Shown piece by piece: positions 37,207 through 47,508 of a stretch of DNA of 64,000 bases (its first letter is position 1; each line of letters opens with the position of its first letter). A program made the translations under genes and the position numbers. Under the pieces are notes generated by a model that was given only the letters and a program-made list of their open reading frames with translations, was not told the origin of the DNA and made no database searches. The stretch is from a virus. The stretch lies in the IMG/VR virus record IMGVR_UViG_3300009103_001698, positions 1-64,000 of that record. One strand, given 5' to 3'.

Positions 37207-38462
37207 AAAAGAAAGTATTGATTCAGGGACCAATTCTAACACAATCTGGTTACGGCGAACACGCTCGTTTAGTTTATAGAGCACTTAAATCCAAAGAAGA
37301 TCTATTTGAGGTTTATGTAAACCCTATTAACTGGGGTAAAACATCTTGGCTTTGGGAAGACACACAAGAACGAAGAGACATCGACGCCTGTATTGCTAAA
37401 ACACAGATTTATGGACAACAGAGGGGTCAATTTGATATTGCTATGCTTGTAACTATTCCAACTGAATGGGAGCAATACAGAGCAGCCCCAATCAATATTG
37501 GCGTTACGGCAGGAATTGAGTCAAATAAGGTTGCTCCGAAATGGCTGGAAGCAGCTAATCGTTTTGTTGATAAAATTATTGTACCATCAGAATTTGCGAA
37601 GAAAACATACGGTGACACAACTTATCAAGGTAAGGATCAAAATGGTAATGATGCTATTTTGAAGCTGGAAAAGACAATCGATGTTGTAAACTACCCAATC
37701 AAAAAACTCGAAGAAGTAGATCTAGGAATCAAACTAGACTATGATTTTAACTTTCTAACAGTCGCTCAATGGGGACCAAGAAAGAATGTTGAGAACACTA
37801 TTCGCTGGTTTGTGGAAGAATTTATTGATCAAGAAATTGGTTTGGTTCTCAAAATCAACAGAGCAAATAACTCCATTATTGATAAAGAAGCAGTTGAAAA
37901 CGGTGTCAATGCTCTTCTCAAAGAATACCCAAATCGAAAATGTAAGGTCTATGTTCTTCACGGCTACATGACTGAATCTGAATTACATTCACTTTATAAA
38001 CATCAACAAGTCAAATGTCTATTATCGTTAACACACGGAGAAGGCTTTGGCTTACCTTTGTTCGAAGCAGCTTACAGCGGGCTTCCTATCATTACTCACG
38101 ACTGGGGCGGACAAACTGATTTCTTGTTACACGAGGTCAAAAACAAAAAGAAGACAAGAACAAGAATGCTCTGTGGCAAAGTTGACTACGATCTTAATCC
38201 AATCCAGAAAGAAGCTGTCTGGGACGGAGTACTTCAAGCAGACAGTCTTTGGGCTTTTCCTAAACAGGGTAGCTGCAAAATGAAGATGCGAGAGATGGTT
38301 AAGGACTATGGTCGCTACTGGGCTCAAGCGAAGAAGCTAAAGAATATGCTGGAAGAGGATTTCTCAGAAGAAAAGATTTATGAGAAGATGGCTGAAACTC
38401 TTAGTCCATATGTTCAAGTCGATGAAGAAATAGAGAAGTTGTTTAATGAAATTACCTTATGA
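37203..38462 (+). CDS. GT4 glycosyltransferase
   Basis: SGYGEHAR; RKN; HGEGFGLPLFEA. Confidence 0.88.
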   Translation: MKKKVLIQGPILTQSGYGEHARLVYRALKSKEDLFEVYVNPINWGKTSWLWEDTQERRDIDACIAKTQIYGQQRGQFDIAMLVTIPTEWEQYRAAPINIGVTAGIESNKVAPKWLEAANRFVDKIIVPSEFAKKTYGDTTYQGKDQNGNDAILKLEKTIDVVNYPIKKLEEVDLGIKLDYDFNFLTVAQWGPRKNVENTIRWFVEEFIDQEIGLVLKINRANNSIIDKEAVENGVNALLKEYPNRKCKVYVLHGYMTESELHSLYKHQQVKCLLSLTHGEGFGLPLFEAAYSGLPIITHDWGGQTDFLLHEVKNKKKTRTRMLCGKVDYDLNPIQKEAVWDGVLQADSLWAFPKQGSCKMKMREMVKDYGRYWAQAKKLKNMLEEDFSEEKIYEKMAETLSPYVQVDEEIEKLFNEITL

Positions 38463-40054
38463 TAGTATTTGTTAGTGATTATTTTTCTAACCAAATAACT
38501 GGCGGCGCCGAACTAACCTCTGATGCTTTATTGGAAGCCAGATTATCACCAGTTATTTGTATTAATTCTCAGAATATTGCTTCACAAACAATAAATCAGT
38601 TTAAAGACAGCCGGTGGATACTTGGTAACTTCTCTATGATACCTGATAATTTTCTATTAGAGATCATTAAAAATGTTAAAGATTATTCTGTAATAGAATA
38701 CGACTACAAGTATTGTAAATACCGTTCAACTCACAAACACATAGAAGCAGAGGGTATCTGCGAATGTGAAAAATCCAGCCATGGCAAGTTGATTTCTATT
38801 TTGATGGCAAAAGCTAGGAATGTATTTTGGATGTCTGAAAAACAAAAGAATGAGTATATTAAAGTACTTCCTTTTCTTAACAAAGCTAATAATGTAGTGT
38901 TGAGTTCTTCTTTCTCAAAAGAAAGCCTATTATACATTAAATCTTTAGATGTGTCAAATAAAAATAATAAATTTTTAATTTTAGAGTCTGGTTCGTGGAT
39001 AAAAGGAACACAAGATTGCGTATCCCACGCACAAGAACACAATTTAGAATACGAATTGATTTCTGGCTTATCACATAAAGATTTGTTGAATAAGCTAGCA
39101 GAATCGAAGGGTCTTATTTTTCTCCCAAAAGGGTTAGACACCTGCCCCAGAATTGTAATAGAAGCAAAGATGTTGGGCTGTGAATTGATTTTAAATGATA
39201 ATGTACAACACAAAGATGAAAAATGGTTTCATGAAAACATACCTGAGTTTGTGGAGAAACAAAAGAAATTGTTTTTTGATAAATGCCTCGATCTAAAATA
39301 TATTGATAAAAAGAAAGATGAAGAAACTAAATTTCATTTTATTGTCCCGGCTTATAATGCTGAACAGTTTATCAATACAACCTTAAGAAGCATTAAATGG
39401 CAAGATTATGAAAATTTTAAAGTAACAGTTGTAGATGATCTGTCCTCTGACAGAACCTATGATGTAGTAAAAACGGAAACAGATCCTAGATTTAGTGTAA
39501 TAAAACCTAAAGAAAAGAATTATGCCCTCAAAAACATTTGTTTAGCAATTGACAAAATCCAACCAGATGATGAAGATGTAATGTTGGTTGTGGATGGAGA
39601 TGACTGGTTAGCATCAACGGATGTGTTGAATTATCTAAATAAAATCTATTCTGAAGAGGACGTCCTTTTGACGTATGGCAGCTATGAAGAAAATACAACT
39701 GGAAGAAGAGGGGTAGAACCATCAGAATATCCGCAAGAGGTTATTCGAACAAACACGTTTCGCAAAGATAGGTGGAGGGCATCTCACTTGAGAACCTTTA
39801 AATACAAACTTTGGAAAGAGATCAACCAAGAAGATTTTTTAGATGAAGATGATAACTTTTATACATCAGCATACGATCAGGCGATAATGTTACCTATGCT
39901 TGAAATGGCAGGATCTAAAACTAAGTTCATTCCTGAAATTCTTCATGTCTACAACAAGGGAAACCCACTCCATCACAGCGGAGAGAAAGAAAAACGTCAA
40001 TACGAAACAATGTTGAGAATAAGAAAGAAATCCCCCTATGAACGGAAATTTTAA
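38459..40054 (+). CDS. Bifunctional glycosyltransferase (GT-B plus GT2)
   Basis: GGAEL...DTCPRIVIEA; IVPAYNAE..VDDLSSD..VDGDD. Confidence 0.85.
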   Translation: MIVFVSDYFSNQITGGAELTSDALLEARLSPVICINSQNIASQTINQFKDSRWILGNFSMIPDNFLLEIIKNVKDYSVIEYDYKYCKYRSTHKHIEAEGICECEKSSHGKLISILMAKARNVFWMSEKQKNEYIKVLPFLNKANNVVLSSSFSKESLLYIKSLDVSNKNNKFLILESGSWIKGTQDCVSHAQEHNLEYELISGLSHKDLLNKLAESKGLIFLPKGLDTCPRIVIEAKMLGCELILNDNVQHKDEKWFHENIPEFVEKQKKLFFDKCLDLKYIDKKKDEETKFHFIVPAYNAEQFINTTLRSIKWQDYENFKVTVVDDLSSDRTYDVVKTETDPRFSVIKPKEKNYALKNICLAIDKIQPDDEDVMLVVDGDDWLASTDVLNYLNKIYSEEDVLLTYGSYEENTTGRRGVEPSEYPQEVIRTNTFRKDRWRASHLRTFKYKLWKEINQEDFLDEDDNFYTSAYDQAIMLPMLEMAGSKTKFIPEILHVYNKGNPLHHSGEKEKRQYETMLRIRKKSPYERKF

Positions 40055-40935
40055 TGAAAATAAGATTAGAAAATGTTAATTTGAACAGCAGTTCTGGTCC
40101 AAACTCTTTCGCGCAAAAGCTGGTCAAATACCTTCAAAAGAATGAGCACAGCTTGGTTCAAGAGAGTTATGATGCTGTGCTGTGTTTTATCGAAGCACAT
40201 AATAATTTGGACAACAGTAAATTATTTCAGAGATTGGATGGCATTTATTTTAATACTGATTTCGATTATAAAGCACAGAACAGCAACATTCTTAACACTT
40301 ATAAACGAGCAAAAGGTGTAATTTTCCAATCAGAGTTCAACAAAGAACTGACGTTTCGTTATTTTGGGGAGCATAAAAATTATGCCATTATTCATAATGG
40401 TTCTGATCTGGAGCTAATAGGGGACATTAAACCTACATCAAACGAGCTTCTAAATAAATACGAAAACGTTTGGAGTTGTGCTTCGTCTTGGAGATCACAT
40501 AAAAGATTAAAAGATAATGTAAGGTACTTTTTAGAACACCAAGGCCCAAACGATTGTTTTGTTATAGCAGGAAATCCAGATTATCACGTTAAAGAACCAA
40601 ACATATTTTATGTTGGAGAATTGGATTATAACAAGCTTATTTCGCTCTACAAACGAAGTAAATTTTTTATTCATCTATCTTGGTTGGATCACTGTCCTAA
40701 CGTTGTAGTCGACGCTAGAGCCTCTGGCTGTCAAATTATTTGTAGTAGCGCCGGCGGTACCAAAGAAATCGCTGGATTAGACGCTGTAGTAATTCAAGAA
40801 CCAGAATGGAACTTTGAACCTACTAGATTATACGATCCACCTCCAATGGATTTTTCCAATAAGGTTAAAAATAACCATGACTCATGTTATGATATGGTGG
40901 CAGTATCAAAAAAATACATTGAGTTTATGAGATGA
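40054..40935 (+). CDS. GT4-like glycosyltransferase
   Basis: SGPNSF, QRLDG, DHCPNVVVDARASG. Confidence 0.8.
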   Translation: MKIRLENVNLNSSSGPNSFAQKLVKYLQKNEHSLVQESYDAVLCFIEAHNNLDNSKLFQRLDGIYFNTDFDYKAQNSNILNTYKRAKGVIFQSEFNKELTFRYFGEHKNYAIIHNGSDLELIGDIKPTSNELLNKYENVWSCASSWRSHKRLKDNVRYFLEHQGPNDCFVIAGNPDYHVKEPNIFYVGELDYNKLISLYKRSKFFIHLSWLDHCPNVVVDARASGCQIICSSAGGTKEIAGLDAVVIQEPEWNFEPTRLYDPPPMDFSNKVKNNHDSCYDMVAVSKKYIEFMR

Positions 40936-41849
40936 AATTTTATTTATCCGTCGCAAACGAAAATTGGATTTGTGACCGGCTGGCGAGAGAGTGGAGTGAG
41001 AATTCTACAACTGTAGGCAGCCCGTCAGATGCAGATATTATTTGGATTTTTAGTCCATATATCTGGAGGAGTATTCCCACTAGCTTATTAGATAGTAAAG
41101 TGGTTTGTCTGACGATACATCACATCACGCCGTGGAAATTTACAAGAGATTCTATAAGAGAGTTTTTAGAGAGAGATAAGTATGTTAATTTTTATCATGT
41201 TCCCTGTGAAAAAACCAAAACAATTGTTAATAAAATGACAAAGAAACCAATTTTTGTTCAACCTTTTTGGGTAAATCAAAACCTTTGGCAAGATCTTGAC
41301 AAAGATGAAACCAGAGAACAACTCAACATACCAAAGGAATTATTTTTGGTCGGTTCATTTCAGCGAGACACAGAGGGTCACGATCTAAAATCACCAAAAT
41401 TAGAAAAAGGCCCGGACATTTTTTGTGATATAGTGGAAAAACTTTATGAAACAAACAAGAACTTGAAAGTAGTTTTATCGGGACTAAGAAGACAATACGT
41501 AAAACAAAGACTTGAAAACGCTGGAATAGAATACATTTATTATGAATTAACAGATTTTGAAACATTGAATAAGTTGTATAACGTGTTGGATCTTTATATT
41601 GTTTCTTCTAGATGTGAGGGTGGACCTCAAGCAATTGTCGAAGCTGCAATTACAAAAACCCCCATTGTGTCGACCGACGTTGGGATAGCATCACAGATTT
41701 TGTCCAGTGACAGCATCTATCAAGACCTTGATGATTTCTTTGATAGTAAAGCAGACGTAGATTATGCCTTCGAGGAGATTCAGAAATACTTAATTCCTCA
41801 AGGATTAGAGAGTTTCAGAAAGGAGTTTACAGGTGTTAACAAAGTCTGA
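40932..41849 (+). CDS. GT4-like glycosyltransferase
   Basis: KGPDIF, SRCEGGPQAIVEA..TPIVSTDVG. Confidence 0.85.
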   Translation: MKFYLSVANENWICDRLAREWSENSTTVGSPSDADIIWIFSPYIWRSIPTSLLDSKVVCLTIHHITPWKFTRDSIREFLERDKYVNFYHVPCEKTKTIVNKMTKKPIFVQPFWVNQNLWQDLDKDETREQLNIPKELFLVGSFQRDTEGHDLKSPKLEKGPDIFCDIVEKLYETNKNLKVVLSGLRRQYVKQRLENAGIEYIYYELTDFETLNKLYNVLDLYIVSSRCEGGPQAIVEAAITKTPIVSTDVGIASQILSSDSIYQDLDDFFDSKADVDYAFEEIQKYLIPQGLESFRKEFTGVNKV

Positions 41850-42546
41850 AAAATTTTATTTTGATGGTTATGGTATAGGATCTTTTAACAAAGGGAAGAG
41901 CTTAGAACAATTGGTTAAAGTTACTAATGAAATCTATAGAGAGGATACTAAAGTTAATTTTTCTTTAAAGGAGAAATACCCATTCAGCAAAGACTTACGA
42001 CCAAACGTATATGAATACGATGATTCATTCATTGACATACTTTTTGACAATGAACTACCAAAAAAGTTTAAAGAAACGTTAGGATACGATTTATACCTAG
42101 CCCACATTCAGTGTAGAATAGTTTCTCCCAGTACAAGCAATAGCTATATGCAGTGGCACAGAGACACACACTACTATAATAAAAAGCTGGGTGGAAATGC
42201 CCCACCAGTTTATAAAATTATTTATTACCCGTCAGTTAATAATATACCAGAACCTTGCTTACAAGTAGCTAAAGGTACTCATCTAAGAATGTACACAAAT
42301 CAAGAACAAGATTTTTCTCAACTTTATAGTAGTGAAATAGATACAGTGGCTTCGTCAGATGAAAGATATGTTTTTTTTAATACATCTATTATGCATTTTC
42401 CTGTTATTCCCACAGTGGCTCAAGGAAATTTAAGAGTGGTGTATAGTTTTTGCCACGAATTTCAACTTGAAAAATACCCAGATCAAAAAGAACTACACGA
42501 GATTTATAAGCAAAAATTAGAAAAATATAAACGAGGTGAAAAATGA
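41833..42546 (+). CDS. 2OG-Fe(II)/PhyH-like oxygenase
   Basis: WHRD...KIIYY...GTH...FNTSIMH...R. Confidence 0.7.
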   Translation: MLTKSEKFYFDGYGIGSFNKGKSLEQLVKVTNEIYREDTKVNFSLKEKYPFSKDLRPNVYEYDDSFIDILFDNELPKKFKETLGYDLYLAHIQCRIVSPSTSNSYMQWHRDTHYYNKKLGGNAPPVYKIIYYPSVNNIPEPCLQVAKGTHLRMYTNQEQDFSQLYSSEIDTVASSDERYVFFNTSIMHFPVIPTVAQGNLRVVYSFCHEFQLEKYPDQKELHEIYKQKLEKYKRGEK

Positions 42547-43553
42547 TTAGATTATGTTTAGTGGGCGCTGGAAAGCGAATGCAGCAAATGAACTTACCTA
42601 TTTTAAAACAACTCAATTCCCGAGTTGAAATAGTGGGAGTTACTACGAGGAGAGGAGAAGTCGACACCGAATCTATAGGTCTGGGTAAAATTCCAGTATT
42701 TAATTCACTTGACAAAATGTATGAAGAAGTTAAACCTGATTTAGTTTTGATTTCTATACCGTATGCTCAAGTGTTTGATGTTTTAAAAAATGTAATTCCA
42801 AAGAAGGTACCAATATTGGTTGAAACTCCCATTAGTTTTGATTTAACACAGACTAACTTGATAAGACAAATGTCTATAGAATATAATTGTTTGTTGGGGG
42901 TTATTGAAGACTGGCCATTCTTACCAATGGAGTGCTTTAAAAAGGTACTTATTAAAAGTGGAGCGCTTGGTGGTGTGATGACCGTTGAAAATGATTATAG
43001 AACTTATGATTACCATGGAATAGCTCAATTAAGAAGTTATTTACCAAAAAATGTCTTTGCCACTAGTATTAAACAAGAACAATCAGCGTACAACGTCAAC
43101 GAGAAATCAGATCATTGGAAAATAACCACAGCAAGATTCAATAATGGTTCTCTATTCGTAAACAAATACTCTAGTCTTTATAAGAAAGTTGATTTTAGGA
43201 TTAGAAAAGAACTACGAGTCTACGGGACAAAAGGAACAATTATGTCTGGTTGTCTATTAGATTCTCATTGTTTAATAAGTGTTCTGGACGACAAAGGATG
43301 TTCTCATGACTTAAAAGTAAAAAGGGATTATAACGAAAATAACATTAAAAGCATCAGTACAGTTTTAAATACAGGGGAGAAAGTTGAGTGGAAAAATCCT
43401 TTTTCATCGATGGATTTGACAGAAGCCCAGAATGGAATTATGTATAATTTGGAAAAAATGCTTCAAAATGTAGAAAAAAATCAAAAAACTGTATTGTATG
43501 GTGCTGATAATTTTTATAACGATCTAAAGATGTTTTATGGTGTGACTCAATGA
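42543..43553 (+). CDS. Gfo/Idh/MocA oxidoreductase
   Basis: LVGAG Rossmann motif, ILVETP, YHGIA. Confidence 0.8.
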   Translation: MIRLCLVGAGKRMQQMNLPILKQLNSRVEIVGVTTRRGEVDTESIGLGKIPVFNSLDKMYEEVKPDLVLISIPYAQVFDVLKNVIPKKVPILVETPISFDLTQTNLIRQMSIEYNCLLGVIEDWPFLPMECFKKVLIKSGALGGVMTVENDYRTYDYHGIAQLRSYLPKNVFATSIKQEQSAYNVNEKSDHWKITTARFNNGSLFVNKYSSLYKKVDFRIRKELRVYGTKGTIMSGCLLDSHCLISVLDDKGCSHDLKVKRDYNENNIKSISTVLNTGEKVEWKNPFSSMDLTEAQNGIMYNLEKMLQNVEKNQKTVLYGADNFYNDLKMFYGVTQ

Positions 43554-44461
43554 AAATAAACATTGTATATGACATTGTTGAACATCCATATGGCGGCGCA
43601 AATCAATTTTTGCGAAACATAAAAAATAAATTTGTTGATTGGGGCACATACACAGATAATATAGGCGATGCGGAAATAGTTTTGTTTAATGCGCACCATA
43701 AAATCGAAGATGTTTATAAACATAAAGCAGCCTATCCAGATAAACATTTTGTACATAGATTGGATGGTCTCTATAAATTATACAATGATCTGTCAGACAG
43801 AAGACAAGACTTGGCATTTTTGGTAAGTAATCGATGCGCCAATGCTGTAATTTTTCAATCTAATTGGGCAAGAGACAAGCATGGCGAGTCGGGATTTAGA
43901 TTTAATAAACCATTTGGAGTAATACAAAATTGTGCTAATGAGAAGTATTTCAATTCAGATTATGTTAAACAAAAGGCAGATAAAATACGATTAATCTGCA
44001 CCAGCTGGTCGACTAATAAAAACAAGGGATTTGAATTGTATAATTTTTTAGATGACAATTTAGATTTTTCTAAATATTCCTTCTCGTATGTAGGAAAAGA
44101 TCCCGGAATAACATTCAAAAACATTATTAAACATGGCCCGGTTACAACAGAGTTGTTATCTAATTTTATTAAAGAAAACGATATATTTATAACTGCCTCT
44201 AAAAATGATTGTTGTTCAAATTCCCTTCTTGAAGCTATGTCCTGTAATTTACCTGCAATTGCATTAAACAGTGGCGGTAACCCGGAAATTGTTAAACAGG
44301 GTGGCTTATTATTTGAAGGTAAAGAAGACGTCATAGAGAAGATAGAGGAAGTCGCCAATAATTTGAATAAATTTCAAGATAAAATAGATGTTATGACCAC
44401 CGACGAAGTTGCAAAGAAATACATGACCTTCTTTGAAAAGAGTAAAAATGCACAAAGTTAA
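43550..44461 (+). CDS. GT4-like glycosyltransferase
   Basis: YGGANQF, HRLDG, DCCSNSLLEAM...SGGNPE. Confidence 0.85.
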   Translation: MKINIVYDIVEHPYGGANQFLRNIKNKFVDWGTYTDNIGDAEIVLFNAHHKIEDVYKHKAAYPDKHFVHRLDGLYKLYNDLSDRRQDLAFLVSNRCANAVIFQSNWARDKHGESGFRFNKPFGVIQNCANEKYFNSDYVKQKADKIRLICTSWSTNKNKGFELYNFLDDNLDFSKYSFSYVGKDPGITFKNIIKHGPVTTELLSNFIKENDIFITASKNDCCSNSLLEAMSCNLPAIALNSGGNPEIVKQGGLLFEGKEDVIEKIEEVANNLNKFQDKIDVMTTDEVAKKYMTFFEKSKNAQS

Positions 44462-45149
44462 TATTAGTATAGATGATATAACCCCACATCCCTTGTCATC
44501 AACCAAGGTACTTCAAAGATGTGAAGAAATGATCGAGGAATTCAATGACATAAAATTTACTTTATTTATCCCAGTGGCATATTGGAGAACTCAATCTCAT
44601 GCTACAGAAAAACCACTTCTTATAAGTAATCACATAGATTTTTGCAATGAAATTTCTGCACTTCCAAAAGAAAATTATGAAATAGCCTATCATGGATACT
44701 ATCATGGAATCCCATTCAGGTCTAATAATGATGAATTTCAACATCTTGATTATGAAGAGGCTGTTGAAATATTTCTTAAAATGTTTAATGTTGTAAAGAA
44801 GTTGGGACTTAGAGAGCGCTTTTCTCCAATTTTCAGACCCCCAGCTTGGAGAATGTCGCCTGAAGCGATCAGGGCAGCAAAAGCAACAGGCATAGAAATA
44901 CTGGCACTATCTCCAAAAGCGTATGCTAAAGAAACTTATAAAGGTGGCGAAGAGGAATTTGAAAATGTTATTTATTATAATGTTAACCCCCCTTTTGAAC
45001 CTTTGGAACTTTATGAACAAACAGAGATAGTTTATCATGCGTGTGAATGGGATAAAAATTACTTAGATAAAAATAAAACAAAAAATTTAATTAATTTTCT
45101 TAAACCAAATAGAGATAAGATTGATTTTTGTTTTATGAAAGATTTTTAG
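44448..45149 (+). CDS. Polysaccharide deacetylase-like (DUF2334) protein
   Basis: ISIDDI, YHGYYH, FRPPAW. Confidence 0.75.
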   Translation: MHKVNISIDDITPHPLSSTKVLQRCEEMIEEFNDIKFTLFIPVAYWRTQSHATEKPLLISNHIDFCNEISALPKENYEIAYHGYYHGIPFRSNNDEFQHLDYEEAVEIFLKMFNVVKKLGLRERFSPIFRPPAWRMSPEAIRAAKATGIEILALSPKAYAKETYKGGEEEFENVIYYNVNPPFEPLELYEQTEIVYHACEWDKNYLDKNKTKNLINFLKPNRDKIDFCFMKDF

Positions 45150-45150
45150 T

Positions 45151-45762
45151 ATGGGCAGATCTGATGCGATACTTTATAGCCCCGGCGGGCTGTATACTTC
45201 GGTAGAACCAACCGGGGAAGTAGCATTATTGGGATTTCCAAACAACAACTACTTTCAAGGAGATTGCTATGATCAACAGCTGGGAAATTGGGAAATCAAC
45301 TCAGAGTGGAAATTAAATAAAAGATATGATACTATTATTTGTCTACGAACAGCATACTTTTCAAAAAACCCTAAAGATTTTATTGAGAGATGTTATGATC
45401 ACTTAAACAAGAATGGTGTTTTGTATGTTGATTGGGGATTAGGTGACCATTGGAGGTTTGACGATTATAAAATTGGTTGGGTTAAAAGCGGAAAACAGGA
45501 ATATGCTTATGGCGAAACCAATTATTTATGGTCAACTGTATGGGACGATAGTTTTTTAAAGAATCAACAATTTAAGATTTATTCAAAACTTGTTAAGAAA
45601 TTTGGGTATCACGATATAAAGCGGGCAATTTACGATGAAGTTCCTTCCGTTCTAGAGTTAGAACAGATTAAAAACTATTTTAATATATCGTATAATATAT
45701 TTGCATTATGGGAACAACAACCCCAGATTTATTTTTTTATTAAAGGAGAGAAAAATGGCTGA
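45151..45762 (+). CDS. Class I SAM methyltransferase-like protein
   Basis: YDTIICLR..YF..P..FI..C...LNKNGVL. Confidence 0.6.
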   Translation: MGRSDAILYSPGGLYTSVEPTGEVALLGFPNNNYFQGDCYDQQLGNWEINSEWKLNKRYDTIICLRTAYFSKNPKDFIERCYDHLNKNGVLYVDWGLGDHWRFDDYKIGWVKSGKQEYAYGETNYLWSTVWDDSFLKNQQFKIYSKLVKKFGYHDIKRAIYDEVPSVLELEQIKNYFNISYNIFALWEQQPQIYFFIKGEKNG

Positions 45763-46753
45763 CAGAATACTAATAACAGGAGGCGCCGGTTTTATTGGTC
45801 ATCATGTTATCGAAGAACTATTAAGAAAAACGGATTATGATATTGTTTCCCTTGATCGCTTAGATCTCTCCGGAAATTTAAACCGCCTAGGCGAAGTCCT
45901 GGAAGAAAAACCAGAATGGAAATCTAGGTTGAACATTGTTTGGCATGATTTAAAGGCTCCGATTAATGACATGGTGGCAAAGAAAATTGGAACAATTAAC
46001 TATGTTTTACATTTAGCTGCTGGGTCACATGTGGATCGTAGCATTGAATATCCAATGGAATTTGTGATGGATAATGTAGTTGGTACTACCAACATTTTGG
46101 ATTTCGCTCGCTTACACTTGAAAAACTCGTTAAAACTATTTCTTTATTTCAGTACTGACGAAGTGTTTGGTCCAGCACCTCCGGGAATTTTTTATGAAGA
46201 AGACGATCGATATCGATCTGGTAACCCGTATGCTGCTTCAAAAGCTGGAGCGGAAGAGCTTTGTATTGCTTACGAAAATACGTATAAGATGCCAATAATT
46301 GTAACACATACAATGAATGTGTTCGGCTTACGACAGCATCCTGAAAAATTCATTCCTATGATCGTTAAGAGAGTTAGAGACGGTGAAAAGATTTATGTAC
46401 ACGCAAATTCAGATTGTACTAAGGCTGGTTCTCGGCACTATATTCACGCCGCCGATGTTGCAAATGCAGTATTTTTTCTGCTTGAAAATGGTGAATCTGG
46501 TCAAAAATATAACGTTGCTGGTTTAAATGAAACTGACAATGAAGAATTAGTTAATATGATAGCAGATGTAATGAACAAAAAAGCGAATTATGAATTAATT
46601 GACTTTCACTCTGCCCGACCCGGCCATGATCTGCGGTATGCTTTATCTTCGGAAAAGATGAAAAATTTGGGATGGGTGCCACAGAAACCACTTCGTGAAA
46701 GAATAAAAGAAGTGGTTGATTGGACATTAGAGAATAATAGGTGGCTCCTGTGA
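45755..46753 (+). CDS. rfbB: dTDP-glucose 4,6-dehydratase-like NDP-sugar dehydratase
   Basis: TGGAGFIG, HLAAGSHVDRSI, STDEVFG, YAASK, RPGHDLRY. Confidence 0.88.
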   Translation: MADRILITGGAGFIGHHVIEELLRKTDYDIVSLDRLDLSGNLNRLGEVLEEKPEWKSRLNIVWHDLKAPINDMVAKKIGTINYVLHLAAGSHVDRSIEYPMEFVMDNVVGTTNILDFARLHLKNSLKLFLYFSTDEVFGPAPPGIFYEEDDRYRSGNPYAASKAGAEELCIAYENTYKMPIIVTHTMNVFGLRQHPEKFIPMIVKRVRDGEKIYVHANSDCTKAGSRHYIHAADVANAVFFLLENGESGQKYNVAGLNETDNEELVNMIADVMNKKANYELIDFHSARPGHDLRYALSSEKMKNLGWVPQKPLRERIKEVVDWTLENNRWLL

Positions 46754-47508
46754 CGAATATTGATTTTATTGTCCCTTCCTACCACTCAAAGGCTCTAACT
46801 TCATTATGCATTAGTTCTTTTGAACAACATAAGGGCGATTTTAATTTTAGATATATTGTGGTAGAAAATTCGGATGATACTTCATACAAATCCGACATTC
46901 TAAAATTATCAGAAAATATAAAATGGGTACAAAATCCAATTCGTTTTCGTAATTCCGAAGCAAATGCTTCAGCTATTGTTACTGCTTTGGAACATATAGA
47001 GAGTGAATACGTTTTTATTTGTCATAATGACGTAGTTGCTTGTCATCCTGATTGGATGAAGCATTTGTTTTCAAAACTTAGTGAACAATGTCCTGTCGTC
47101 GGTACAGTGTTGGATAACATTAGAATTAATGCCGTACACATTTCAGGATTACTTACATACACAAAAATTGCTAAAGAGGTTGAAATGTTTCCAATCTATG
47201 AAGATGGGAGACAGGTAGCCGATGTTGGTGATATGTTTACAGATTATTGTCGCAATAATAATTTAGATTATTATTGTTGTGAAAACACGCACAACAAGCC
47301 AGAACTAGAAAAGTCTTGCAAAATTCCTTACAATGAGTTATCATATGTAGATAGAGCTTTCGATGATGATGGAAAAATAGTTTTTCTTCACCTAGGAAGG
47401 GGATCCCCAAAGACGTTTGGTACATACAATAAAGATAATCGTATGAAACTACATGGTTGGGTAGAGTTTATAGAAAGGAATATATTTAATGGTAGGAAGA
47501 TTTTCTAA
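46741..47508 (+). CDS. GT2 glycosyltransferase
   Basis: FIVPSY, VVENS, FICHND. Confidence 0.75.
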   Translation: MAPVTNIDFIVPSYHSKALTSLCISSFEQHKGDFNFRYIVVENSDDTSYKSDILKLSENIKWVQNPIRFRNSEANASAIVTALEHIESEYVFICHNDVVACHPDWMKHLFSKLSEQCPVVGTVLDNIRINAVHISGLLTYTKIAKEVEMFPIYEDGRQVADVGDMFTDYCRNNNLDYYCCENTHNKPELEKSCKIPYNELSYVDRAFDDDGKIVFLHLGRGSPKTFGTYNKDNRMKLHGWVEFIERNIFNGRKIF